Below, piece by piece: positions 37,482 through 46,618 of a stretch of DNA of 64,000 nt. The translations under genes and the position numbers were made by a program. Position 1 is the stretch's first letter. Each line of letters begins with the position of its first letter. The notes beneath the pieces were generated by a model. That model did not search any database, was not told where the DNA came from, and worked only from the letters and a program-made list of their open reading frames with translations. This DNA comes from Corallococcus sp. AB011P (GTDB taxonomy: Bacteria; Myxococcota; Myxococcia; Myxococcales; Myxococcaceae), in contig NZ_RAVX01000011.1 of assembly GCF_003611605.1 (NCBI RefSeq), forward strand, positions 4,811-68,810. The letters are read 5' to 3'.

Positions 37482-39239
37482 ATGGTTGCGTCATCAATGG
37501 GCTCTGAGAAACTGCTTCCCTCGTTGGATGCGCTTCGTAGTGCGGTGAAAGCCGCCACACGCAAAAAGAAGATCGCATTCCTTGTCGGCTCTCCGCTCTC
37601 GATGCAAGAGACACCTGATGCGCCACAAGTCCCGGGCGTCACAGCAATGCTCCAATTCATTCGGAAGCGGGTTCCTTCCGAGCACCTAGAGCAGTTCGAT
37701 GCGGGACTGAAAGTAGACAGAGAGAATACTTACCAGTGGGCAATGAAGTTCATTCAGGACCGTGATAGCCGATCGGTCGCCAATGAGGTCATTCGAGAAG
37801 CGGTCCTACGAGCCCGGTTGCATCCTGATGCAGATCAGGGGCTTGAGGACGTCCAAATCGATACCGACTTCAGCGGATGGGCACTCCCCCCTGCAACGCT
37901 ACATCTCGGCGGATTGCTTGCTGAACATCCTGGACGTTTCGGTCCAGTCATGACGACCAATTTCGATCCGCTCCTTCCTGCTTCGGTAAAAGCTGCGGGC
38001 GGGGAGGTCCTTCGCACTGTCGTCGACCGCGACGAGCCTTTCAGCCAAGCAAAGCTCTCTGCCTCCAACTTCTCACACCTCGTCTACCTCCATGGCTATT
38101 GGCTGGAGGCGGAGACGCTCCACACCTCGATTGAACTCGCACGCGAGCGCCCCCGCGTCGCAGCCGACATTACCCATGTCTTAACCAGCCACACGCTCGT
38201 TGTCGTGGGATATGGAGGCTGGGATGATATCTTCACTCAGACTCTTGCTGCCATTAGCGCAGACCGCCATAAGCAGGTTGACATTCTGTGGGCCTTTTTC
38301 GACAAAGAGACCAGTGTCGTCCAGGCTCGCAACAAACATTTCCTTGACAGAGTCAGGGAACTGACGGGACGGAATCAACTCCGCCTCTATGGGGGCATCA
38401 ACTGCCATGAACTCTTCGCGAGGCTCCGTGAAGACTTCGGCACATCTGGCACCGCCACAACTCAGCCCCCAAACAAGGCACCCAAACAAGGCAAGGTTGA
38501 ACCGCAGCGGCCAGCACCAATTGCAACAAGCGCCAAAGCCCCTGAGCCGACGACCTCGACGCCTCACAGCACTACGAGCGCGCCTACGCCAACGCCCTCC
38601 GTGCCAAGCATCCCCGTCTCCCCATCCGTTCCGAAGACGGACGCCACGGCCAGTCCTCCGAAATCAACATCCAGCAGAATCCTGCCTTTTGCGGCTGCCG
38701 CGCTGTTTGCTGGCGGCATGGCTGCCGTATGGCCATCCCCCAGCAAAGGCGTGAGCAATGACGTCATCGCCATCCCACCTCCGCGCAATCTGAGACCTGT
38801 CCAGCCGCAGCCCCCGACGACGACCGCTCCGGCCCCGGTACCCGCAAGCACGCTCAGAAGCGTTCGCCAACAACACCAGGTTGTGGCAGCTTCGGACGCC
38901 GAACGCGGAACTCGCGTCTCACAACTTCCCCGGGGGCGCTACGCATTTGTCCCGATGAGCGCCGTTCCCACCTACAGTGCGGACACCACCATCTACGGCC
39001 CCATCCAGGAGGGAATCGAGCTTCACCGCGCGCTAGCGGATGGATCCTTGTATCTCGTGGGCTATGCGGATGCCCCAACCATGGCGGCCCTCGGATATCC
39101 GAAACCTGCGCCCATCGTCATTACCCCCACACCCGGTGGTAGAAGGACGCAGGTCGCGAGCATTCCGGTATCTCGGATGACCACCGCTGAAGTGCGCATG
39201 GATAAAGGCACCCGCGTGTTGGTTCTTCACCTCAACTAA
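37482..39239 (+). CDS. SIR2-like (SIR2_2) domain protein with Pro/Thr-rich linker, single TM helix and C-terminal extracytoplasmic domain
   Basis: IAFLVGSPLS, VMTTNFDPLL, VYLHGYW and VVVGYGGWDD match the DHS-like SIR2_2 fold. TM helix ILPFAAAALFAGGMAAVW. It lies 25 nt after the previous gene. Confidence 0.65.
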   Translation: MVASSMGSEKLLPSLDALRSAVKAATRKKKIAFLVGSPLSMQETPDAPQVPGVTAMLQFIRKRVPSEHLEQFDAGLKVDRENTYQWAMKFIQDRDSRSVANEVIREAVLRARLHPDADQGLEDVQIDTDFSGWALPPATLHLGGLLAEHPGRFGPVMTTNFDPLLPASVKAAGGEVLRTVVDRDEPFSQAKLSASNFSHLVYLHGYWLEAETLHTSIELARERPRVAADITHVLTSHTLVVVGYGGWDDIFTQTLAAISADRHKQVDILWAFFDKETSVVQARNKHFLDRVRELTGRNQLRLYGGINCHELFARLREDFGTSGTATTQPPNKAPKQGKVEPQRPAPIATSAKAPEPTTSTPHSTTSAPTPTPSVPSIPVSPSVPKTDATASPPKSTSSRILPFAAAALFAGGMAAVWPSPSKGVSNDVIAIPPPRNLRPVQPQPPTTTAPAPVPASTLRSVRQQHQVVAASDAERGTRVSQLPRGRYAFVPMSAVPTYSADTTIYGPIQEGIELHRALADGSLYLVGYADAPTMAALGYPKPAPIVITPTPGGRRTQVASIPVSRMTTAEVRMDKGTRVLVLHLN

Positions 39240-39245
39240 CAAACA

Positions 39246-39923
39246 ATGAAACTCAACAACAGAATCCTTTCCCTTGGGTTGATGTCACTCCTCTTGCTTG
39301 CGGGTTGTGGGCCCGAGGACTTCAACCCGGGCCCCTCCAATCCCGGCGTGGAAGATCCGCCGCCACTCGACGAAATTTGCACTGCCGGAAACTGCGCGGG
39401 TTGCTGTGATCCGACCACGAACAAATGCGTCCAGGTTCGCACCAACGACGCATGCGGTGCCAATGGCGTTACCTGCACGAAGTGCGCGACCGGGACCATC
39501 TGCCACCCATCACAGCAGCAGTGCTACACGCCTACCATTCGCACGAAGATCCGGGCCCTGCGTGCCACGATTTCTTCGCATGATCCCGCGGATGACAGCG
39601 ACTGGGATGTCGACGGCTCACCACCGGACGCCTTGATTGAACTGATCTGCCCCAACGCCCAGCCTGCGGTTTCCAGGTCGGAAGAGATTGAGAGCTTCAC
39701 CCCCAACTGGACGACAGGGGGATGTGATGTTCTCAGCACGGATCTGCTTTCCATGCCTGTCCAGTTCAACGTTCTCGATGTCGACGTCATCGTCGATGAC
39801 AAGGTTGCGTCAGCCCAATACCAGTTCACCCAAGCCGACATCGAACGTGGAGTCGTAGAATTGACGGTCTCCAATACACTGACCTCAGTGGTCTTCCAGC
39901 TCACCACCTACTACGCCGAATAG
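39246..39923 (+). CDS. Cys-rich lipoprotein (low-GC copy of a two-member family in this window)
   Basis: Lipobox LLLAGCGPE. Cys cluster GNCAGCCDPTTNKCVQV...CGANGVTCTKCATGTICHPSQQQCY. DGSPPD, TTGGCDV. It is a paralog of 47149..47769. It lies 6 nt after the SIR2 gene. Confidence 0.6.
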   Translation: MKLNNRILSLGLMSLLLLAGCGPEDFNPGPSNPGVEDPPPLDEICTAGNCAGCCDPTTNKCVQVRTNDACGANGVTCTKCATGTICHPSQQQCYTPTIRTKIRALRATISSHDPADDSDWDVDGSPPDALIELICPNAQPAVSRSEEIESFTPNWTTGGCDVLSTDLLSMPVQFNVLDVDVIVDDKVASAQYQFTQADIERGVVELTVSNTLTSVVFQLTTYYAE

Positions 39924-39957
39924 GCCGAAACCCAAGAGCGCCGTTTCTGAGGTTCCT

Positions 39958-40014
39958 GGCAGTGCCAACGCCGCCCGTTTCCGGTCCGTCCGGAAGCGAG
40001 GCGGCGTTTGTCGC
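39958..40014 (+). repeat. Direct repeat copy B at right border of the low-GC island
   Basis: ggcagtgccaacgccgcccgtttccggtccgtccggaagcgaggcggcgtttgtcgcg; about 47/48 identical to copy A with one 1-nt indel. Confidence 0.7.
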
Positions 40015-40301
40015 GTCAAGGCTCCGTTGGAGGCACCAGGAGCGCACGAGCAGGCGGGTCCGAGCAAATGGGCGGCAGTGCGCCTGCTGCACGGGAATGG
40101 CGCGGATGCTTCTTGAACAAGCATTGGAAGCCCGCGCCCGCACCAGGGTGTTGGCACCGACGGCACAGGCTTGGGCGTGCGCATTGAAGCCCTTACCGTC
40201 CGTTTCGCGGAACAATGCTCGATCCGTGAGGCTCCAACGGCTGGTGGCCCAGAAGCCGAACGTGACGGTGCGCGAGGCGTCAGCGGGTATGATGCAAGGC
40301 C

Positions 40302-41732
40302 ATGTACCCGACACGCCGTCTTCTGGCCCGTGGACCGTGGCTGTTTGATCTCAGACCGCATCGGCTCATCGTCTTCCACGGAGATGAAGCCGTGCGCCGG
40401 GAGGTCAGTGGAGACGTGCCGAATCCTCCGTCCGCGCCCGTGGTGCTCGCCGCACTGGATGAGGCAAAGGACGCCTGGGTGGGATGCGGGGATCAGCGTG
40501 TCTTCTCCGTGGGGGTCGGCGCAAGCGCTCCCGCCCAGGCCCTTCCGAGGGAGTGCTTCGATCTCATCACCGATGGGGACCGGCTCATCGCAACGGTGGT
40601 GGACGGCGCCCTCAAGCTGACCACCCTCTTCACGACCGATGGATCCGGGCAGCGATGGGAACCCATGACCTTGCCCAAGCCCGTGTCCGCCAGGCACGGG
40701 TACGGATACAGCGAGGGGCGCCCCCACCGTCAGTCCCCCGATGGGGCGTTCCTCGATACGAGCCCCTTTGGCATCACCGTCGTGGAGAAGGGCCGGGGCC
40801 GCGTCTACGTGCTCCGCTCGGGGGCGGCTCAGCCGGAGGGTGCGCTCCAGGTGGAGCCGGGCCATGAGCAGGACATCTGGCGGGCCCAGGCCACTCCCCT
40901 CGGCGTGCTCCTCCTGCTCGTCATCAACTACCGGCAGACGGCGCTCCTCCACTTCGCGCTCGATGGCACCCTGCTCGGATCCATCCCGGGGAGTGATGAT
41001 GATGACGATGAGGAGGAGGAACAGACCTGGGGCGGTGCCGGGGTGTGCGTCCTCGACGCGGCCCGGGCGCTCCTCTTCGTCCAGGACAAGATCCTCCTGG
41101 TGTCCCTGCCCGGGCTCCAGGTGCTCGAGACGCTCGTGGGAGAGTGGCCCCACTTCGTGTCCGTGACGCCCGCGGGTGCTGACCGGTGGTGGGTGGGCGC
41201 CGAGGACAGTGACGCGCTCTTCCTGCTCACCGCCGAGCCTGGACACCCCTTGCACCTCCACGCCTCACACCGTCCGGTGAGCCCGGGCGCGCCGCTCATG
41301 CACGTGGGCTACAAGACGCCCGCATTCCACTGGACCGAGTACACCTCGGCGCCGCTCACTGTGTCCTCGCCCGTGACCGAGACGTGGCGGGCGATGGTGC
41401 GCAATGACGGGACCGCGTGTGAGGCGGTGCGGATCCGCGTGTCCGGGGTGCTCGTCGGCGCTCGCGTGGTGGACGTGAGCGTGCGGTATCGCGGCCAGCC
41501 GCTCCCGATGGTGGAGGAGCACCGCGTGAACCTCGTGGGGAAAACCGCTGGACTGGAGGGAGGGTCCACCGCGGAGCTGGAGGTGACCTTCAAGCCCCGG
41601 AGCGAGGGCTCGGGACCGCTGACCATCACCGTCGAGCCGTGCTCCTGGCAGTGGCAGGGCAAGGACGAGCCTCGCGCCCTCGGAGTGACGGGCCATCCGG
41701 CATCCGTCCAATTCCTGCTCACGGTGGAGTAG
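40302..41732 (+). CDS. Hypothetical protein (476 aa) with acidic insert DDDDDEEEEQ
   Basis: Long ORF with G+C3 bias. The opposite-strand ORF 39885..41261 is low-complexity shadow. Confidence 0.45.
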   Translation: MYPTRRLLARGPWLFDLRPHRLIVFHGDEAVRREVSGDVPNPPSAPVVLAALDEAKDAWVGCGDQRVFSVGVGASAPAQALPRECFDLITDGDRLIATVVDGALKLTTLFTTDGSGQRWEPMTLPKPVSARHGYGYSEGRPHRQSPDGAFLDTSPFGITVVEKGRGRVYVLRSGAAQPEGALQVEPGHEQDIWRAQATPLGVLLLLVINYRQTALLHFALDGTLLGSIPGSDDDDDEEEEQTWGGAGVCVLDAARALLFVQDKILLVSLPGLQVLETLVGEWPHFVSVTPAGADRWWVGAEDSDALFLLTAEPGHPLHLHASHRPVSPGAPLMHVGYKTPAFHWTEYTSAPLTVSSPVTETWRAMVRNDGTACEAVRIRVSGVLVGARVVDVSVRYRGQPLPMVEEHRVNLVGKTAGLEGGSTAELEVTFKPRSEGSGPLTITVEPCSWQWQGKDEPRALGVTGHPASVQFLLTVE

Positions 41733-41777
41733 TGCGAACCGCGCCCCCTGTCCTCGATCAGTTCATGACGGGCGTGG

Positions 41778-42833
41778 TCACCACTTCCAGAGCAGGGCGC
41801 CGCCTCCGAGCAGGAACGCCAGGCCCACTGCCGCCGCGAGGATCCAGGCTCGTCCCAAGCGGGGCCGCGCCTGGCTCTCCGGGCCATCCGGAGCCGGGGC
41901 GGCGACGGTCGGGTCGTCGCTCGGAGAGACCTGCTGGACGAGCTGGGCCACCTGCCGCGAGGTCACCGGCTCCCCCTCCGAGCGGATGAAATCCTCCAGC
42001 TCCTTCCGGAACGCGTGGCAGTCCGGGTAGCGCTGATCCCGATCTTTCGCGAGCGCCCGGGCGAGGATGGCTCGAAGGGCATCGGGCAGGTCTGGCCGGT
42101 GCTGCTCGGCCGGCACGAGGGGCTCGGACACGACGACCCGAAGCAAGTCCCAGTCGGACGTGGACTCAAAGGGCCTGCGCGTGGTGAGCAGTTCGTAGAG
42201 CACCAGTCCCAGCGAGTAGACGTCCACCCGCCGGTCCACCGGCACGCCCATGATCTCCTCGGGCGCCATGTACCGGTACTTGCTCATGATGGGGATGTGG
42301 TGTTCGGGGGTCCACCGGGCCCGGAAGTAGTCGATGCCGAAGTCCACCACCTTGGCCGTCCCCTGGCGCGACAGGAGAATGTTGTACGGCCGGACGCAGC
42401 GGTGGATGAGCCGCAGCGGCTGTTTCGTCTTGGGGTCGGTGAGGTCGTGGGCATAGGCGAGCCCCTCGCAGGCTTGCGAGATGATGCGCGCGCACAGGGT
42501 CGCCGGCAGGGTCATCCCCTGGACCGACAGGTGCTTGATCACCCTTCGCAGACTGGGCCCATCGATGTGCTCCCTGGCGAGGAAGGATGTGCCGTCCGCC
42601 TCCCCCACGTCGAAGACCCGCACGAGGTGCGGGTGCGTGAGCCGGGCGGCGCTCATCGCCGTGTCGAGGAACATCTCCGGGAACTCCATCTGCTCGGCCA
42701 TGTCCGACCGGAGGCACTGGAGCACCAGCGTCTTCTCGCTGCCCTGCGGGCCGGCGGCCCTGGCCAGATAATCCTCGATGATGCCTTCGGCGAGCAGGCG
42801 GATGCGCTGGTATTTGCCGACGTGGGATGTCAC
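41778..42833 (-). CDS. Membrane-anchored Ser/Thr-kinase-fold protein, predicted pseudokinase
   Basis: The kinase fold is retained (DFG in VVDFGI, APE in YMAPEE, HPHLVRV). The Gly-rich loop is absent (LLAEGIIEDYL), the beta3 Lys is replaced (TLVLQCL) and HRD becomes HRC (IHRCVRPYNIL). C-terminal TM WILAAAVGLAFLLGGGALLW. Confidence 0.7.
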   Translation of the reverse strand: MTSHVGKYQRIRLLAEGIIEDYLARAAGPQGSEKTLVLQCLRSDMAEQMEFPEMFLDTAMSAARLTHPHLVRVFDVGEADGTSFLAREHIDGPSLRRVIKHLSVQGMTLPATLCARIISQACEGLAYAHDLTDPKTKQPLRLIHRCVRPYNILLSRQGTAKVVDFGIDYFRARWTPEHHIPIMSKYRYMAPEEIMGVPVDRRVDVYSLGLVLYELLTTRRPFESTSDWDLLRVVVSEPLVPAEQHRPDLPDALRAILARALAKDRDQRYPDCHAFRKELEDFIRSEGEPVTSRQVAQLVQQVSPSDDPTVAAPAPDGPESQARPRLGRAWILAAAVGLAFLLGGGALLWKW

Positions 42834-42921
42834 GAGTCGTCTGATTAGCAGACATCACAGGGCTTTGCCTGGCCTCACGTTCAGCCTCATCATTCAGCAC
42901 CTGACTTCCCCCTGAACGAGC

Positions 42922-44040
42922 TCAAGCTGGCGCGCTGTTCAGCCAGCGTTGCTGGATGACGGGTGGCATGTTCTTGCGGAGATTTTCCATCCAGCGTTCA
43001 CATATCGACTTCGCGAACCCTTCCCTCTCATTCTTGCCCGGCTCCACGCCAAGGGCCCACCTGAGGCTGATGACCGCTTCTTCCCTCAGCCTCTCCGCGG
43101 CCTTGAGCCGCGAGCGTGCCGCTGCCTCGAAGCCAGGATCCAGGAGGAGTGCGGCGACTGTGAGGGAGGGACACGCCCCACTTCTTCGATCGATCTGAGC
43201 CCACAGCGCCGCCAGCGTTTCCGGACGTGCTCCGCTGATCAGCATCGCGATGGCGGCCAGTTGGTGGAAGACAGGGTGTGTTTCACGGAGGAGCGCGAGG
43301 ATTTCAGCATCCACCCCAGGGCTCATCTCGACCGCTGCTTCCACATGCATCAGGATTTCCTTCCTGTTCAACCACCGGAGCGCACGCAGACCCGGGTCGA
43401 GCAGGATGGCATCGATGAACGAGGGGTACCCGCCATGCTCCCGGTAATAGCTCACGTCCGCATTGCCCAGTCCCGCCCGTTCATAGGTGCGCATCCGCCC
43501 CGAGAGGACGCCCGCGACGCAGGCTTCCTCCAGGTCACAGCAGGACAACTCCGCGCCTCGGAGATCAGCGCAGCGCAGGTCCGCCTTCATCAGCGTCGCG
43601 GCGGTCAAACGGGCATCTTTGAGCCGGGCTCGACGGAACGAACCGCGCACCAGATTCGAAGCTGTGAGGGTCGCCCCTTCCATGTTGGCATCGTCCCAGC
43701 AGGTGCTCATCGCGACACACGCCATCAAACTGGCACGCTCCAAGCGCGCCCAGAACAGCGAGGCACCCGACAACGTGGCGAAGTCGAGCCGCGCCTCGTT
43801 GAGCCCGCAGTCGTCCAGACGGGCACCCTCGAGCCGTGCATGGACGAGCTCCGCGCCCGGTAGCTCTTCCTGAGTGAGGTCGATGCCTCGGAGATCCCCC
43901 ACGAGGGGTCCCAGTGCATCCGCTCCCGGAAAGCCCTTGAGGACTTCACGCCAGGGTCCTTGGAATCCCGAGGCGATCAAGCGCTCGCGCCGACGCTGAC
44001 CGTCGGGTGTGAGCCAGCGTTCTGTCAGGTCGGACCCCAT
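42922..44040 (-). CDS. Pentapeptide-repeat protein with C-terminal helical domain
   Basis: ATG 44040 (MGSDLTERW...). Runs of A(D/N)LxxA(R/N)L pentapeptides: ARLEGARLDDCGLNEARLDFATLSGASLFWARLERASL... Confidence 0.65.
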   Translation of the reverse strand: MGSDLTERWLTPDGQRRRERLIASGFQGPWREVLKGFPGADALGPLVGDLRGIDLTQEELPGAELVHARLEGARLDDCGLNEARLDFATLSGASLFWARLERASLMACVAMSTCWDDANMEGATLTASNLVRGSFRRARLKDARLTAATLMKADLRCADLRGAELSCCDLEEACVAGVLSGRMRTYERAGLGNADVSYYREHGGYPSFIDAILLDPGLRALRWLNRKEILMHVEAAVEMSPGVDAEILALLRETHPVFHQLAAIAMLISGARPETLAALWAQIDRRSGACPSLTVAALLLDPGFEAAARSRLKAAERLREEAVISLRWALGVEPGKNEREGFAKSICERWMENLRKNMPPVIQQRWLNSAPA

Positions 44041-44075
44041 GACCGGGCTATAACATCCAGCACCCAAGGCATTCG

Positions 44076-45854
44076 ATGACCCTCCACGCATCCACCGTGT
44101 CTTCCAGCACCCGAAGGCTCATCGGGTTCCTGCTGGCGCTGCTGCCTTTCCACGTCGGCGCTGTTCCCATGCCTGAGGACGCGTTGGTGGGCATCTGGGG
44201 CAGTGAGCGCGTCCTCGGGCCTCAGGTTCGGGGAGAGCTGACATTGGTGCGGGCTGGGAACTCCTGGCGCGCGAGCATCGCCGGATTCGATGTTCCTGCC
44301 CGGGTTGAGGGCCGGAAGGTGTCCGTCGTCTTCCCAGGAGGCGAACTCCGAGCGACGTTGGCGGAGAACGGCCAGAGCATCACCGGCCACTGGATCCAGC
44401 CGCGCGTGCTCATGAGCGGCATGAAGTTCGCCACTCCCGTCGAACTGCGCACGCTTCAGCCGGGTGTGTGGCGCGGAGTCGTGGCGCCGCTGGAGGACCG
44501 GTTCTCGCTGTACCTCGTCGTCCAGAAGCAGCCTGACGGCTCCGTGACAGCGTTCATCCGCAATCCGGAGCGGAACTTCGGCAACCGGATGCTGTTCCGC
44601 GTGGAGCTCCAGGACCGCACGGTCCGGCTCACGTCCACCAAGGGCGACACCCAGATCGAGGGCACGTTCGACGCGCAGTCTGGACGGCTGTCCCTCCCCT
44701 ACCCTCCCTTCGACACGACGTTTGACTTCACCCGCCGGGACCGGTCCCAGGTTGTGGGCCTCTACTCCCGCACGCCTGCTCGCGGCCCCTACGCCTACCA
44801 GAAGCCCATCGCGGAGGACGACGGCTGGACCACGGCATCCCCCTCCGACGTCGGCATGGACGTCCAACCGCTCCAGCAGCTCGTGCAGCGCATCCTCGAC
44901 CAGGAACCGAGCCAGGAGTCAGTGCCCGCCATCCAGGGCCTGCTCATCGCGCGTCACGGCAAGCTCATCGTCGAAGAGTACTTCCAGGGCTTCGACAAGG
45001 AGCGTCCCCACGACCTGCGGTCCTCCTCCAAGTCCTACGCGTCCCTGCTGATTGGCATCGCCCTGGACCAGGGTGCCCCCTTCACCGTGGACACACCCGT
45101 CGCGTCCCTCTTCCCTGAGTACAAGGGCAAGGTCTCCAACCTGGACGCGCGCAAGCGCAAGCTCACCGTCGCGCACCTGATGACCATGGCGACAGGCCTG
45201 GCTTGTGACGACGATGATCCGGACTCACCCGGCAACGAGGACCGGCTCGAGGACTCCGTGCCGGATTGGTACAAGTACACGCTGGACCTCCCCATGGTCC
45301 GCGCTCCCGGCGGTGGGAAGGCCGTGTACTGCTCCGCGAACATCAACCTGCTCGGCGGCGTCCTTCGCAACACCACCCGCACCTGGATCCCCGAGTTCTT
45401 CACCCAGAACGTCGCCACGCCCCTCCAGATGCGCGGCTACCACCTGGACCTCATGCCCGATGGCGAGCAGTACCTGGGCGGCGGCATCTACATGCGCCCT
45501 CGCGATGCCCTGAAGCTCGGGCAGCTCTACCTCTCCGGTGGCACTTGGAACGGAAAGCGCGTGGTCAGCCAGCGCTGGGTGGAACGCTCCATCGCGAACC
45601 AGGCGACGATGCCGGACGGACGAACCTATGGCTACACGTGGTGGCGCCATGAGCTTCGCGTCGGCGACCGTGTGTATTCACAGTACGAAGCCAGCGGCAA
45701 CGGGGGCCAGCTGGTGATGGTCGTCCCGGAGCTGGACCTCGCCGTGCTGTTCACCGCGGGCAACTACAACCACGTCGCCCTCTGGCGGAAGTTCCGCGAG
45801 GAGCTCCTGCCCCGGTACATCATGGCCGCGGTCTCCACGCCCCCGCGGCCTTGA
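44076..45854 (+). CDS. Beta-lactamase-family serine hydrolase (class C/PBP-like) with N-terminal signal peptide and extra N-domain
   Basis: SxxK in DLRSSSKSYASLLIGIA; YxN-like and downstream motifs are consistent; signal peptide LIGFLLALLPFHVGA. Confidence 0.75.
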   Translation: MTLHASTVSSSTRRLIGFLLALLPFHVGAVPMPEDALVGIWGSERVLGPQVRGELTLVRAGNSWRASIAGFDVPARVEGRKVSVVFPGGELRATLAENGQSITGHWIQPRVLMSGMKFATPVELRTLQPGVWRGVVAPLEDRFSLYLVVQKQPDGSVTAFIRNPERNFGNRMLFRVELQDRTVRLTSTKGDTQIEGTFDAQSGRLSLPYPPFDTTFDFTRRDRSQVVGLYSRTPARGPYAYQKPIAEDDGWTTASPSDVGMDVQPLQQLVQRILDQEPSQESVPAIQGLLIARHGKLIVEEYFQGFDKERPHDLRSSSKSYASLLIGIALDQGAPFTVDTPVASLFPEYKGKVSNLDARKRKLTVAHLMTMATGLACDDDDPDSPGNEDRLEDSVPDWYKYTLDLPMVRAPGGGKAVYCSANINLLGGVLRNTTRTWIPEFFTQNVATPLQMRGYHLDLMPDGEQYLGGGIYMRPRDALKLGQLYLSGGTWNGKRVVSQRWVERSIANQATMPDGRTYGYTWWRHELRVGDRVYSQYEASGNGGQLVMVVPELDLAVLFTAGNYNHVALWRKFREELLPRYIMAAVSTPPRP

Positions 45855-45861
45855 CCTGCTC

Positions 45862-46521
45862 TCAATCCCGATCCGGCGCTCCCAGCGGGAAGAGCGGCCG
45901 GTACGGCCGTCCCCCGTCCACCGCGCGGGCAACGGACGGACGCGCGAGCAACCTCGCGCGATAGGCGCGCAGCTGGGGACACGACTCGGGGATCCGGTGC
46001 GTCCAGTCCGCGTAGAACAGCGACGGCGCCGCCGCACAGTCCGCCAGCGTGAAGTCGTTGCCCGCGGCCCAGGTCCGGCCCCCCAGCTGCCCTTCAATCC
46101 AGCCGTAGGCGCGCTCCAGCTTCTCCACCGCCAGCGTCATCCCGTCCTGGCGCTTCACCGGGTCCCCCGTCAGCGCTCCGTTCACGGCGTGCTGGACCAT
46201 GTTCATGACGTGCAGGTCGAAGAAGCGGTCGAGGAACCGTACGTCCAGCGCTGCCATCGGATCCTCGGGCAGCAGGCGCACCGGGCCGGGATGCTTCAGC
46301 TGGAGATACTCGATGATGATGCTCGTCTCGACGACCTGATGGTCACCGTCCACCAGCAGCGGGAACTTGCGCAGCGGCCAGCGGCGCAGCCATTCGGCTG
46401 AGTGCTCCGGCGTCTCCGGGCTGATGCTTCGAAACTCGAAGGGCGTGCCATTCTCATACAGCGCGATGAGCACCTTCTGCGTGTACGAGGAGAAATAGTG
46501 ACCGTAGACCGCGAGCGACAT
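45862..46521 (-). CDS. Glutathione S-transferase
   Basis: The internal ATG 46521 gives MSLAVYGHYFSSYTQKVLIALYENGTPFEF...ETSIIIEYL (GST N-terminal thioredoxin fold) plus a C-terminal helical domain. Confidence 0.75.
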   Translation of the reverse strand: MSLAVYGHYFSSYTQKVLIALYENGTPFEFRSISPETPEHSAEWLRRWPLRKFPLLVDGDHQVVETSIIIEYLQLKHPGPVRLLPEDPMAALDVRFLDRFFDLHVMNMVQHAVNGALTGDPVKRQDGMTLAVEKLERAYGWIEGQLGGRTWAAGNDFTLADCAAAPSLFYADWTHRIPESCPQLRAYRARLLARPSVARAVDGGRPYRPLFPLGAPDRD

Positions 46522-46581
46522 CGTCGGACCTTCCCTTTCGACCACTTGCGTTTCGCAATGGGTTGAACCGTATTTAGACCC

Positions 46582-46596
46582 CTTGCATACTGCAAG
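46582..46596. promoter_or_regulatory. Perfect 15-bp palindrome CTTGCA-TAC-TGCAAG in the GST/HxlR divergent intergenic region (candidate HxlR operator)
   Basis: cttgcatactgcaag read directly; it is centred 30 bp upstream of the HxlR ATG. Confidence 0.4.
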
Positions 46597-46618
46597 TATC
46601 AATTCCCGGAGAACGGCC

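Noticed and set aside
39885-41261. 458-aa minus-strand ORF opposite the 40302..41732 hypothetical gene
   Set aside because: Low-complexity composition (RPGRVEDAHPG..., LLLIVIIITPRDGSEQ mirrors the acidic DDDDDEEEE insert of the plus gene). The plus-strand frame has better coding bias.
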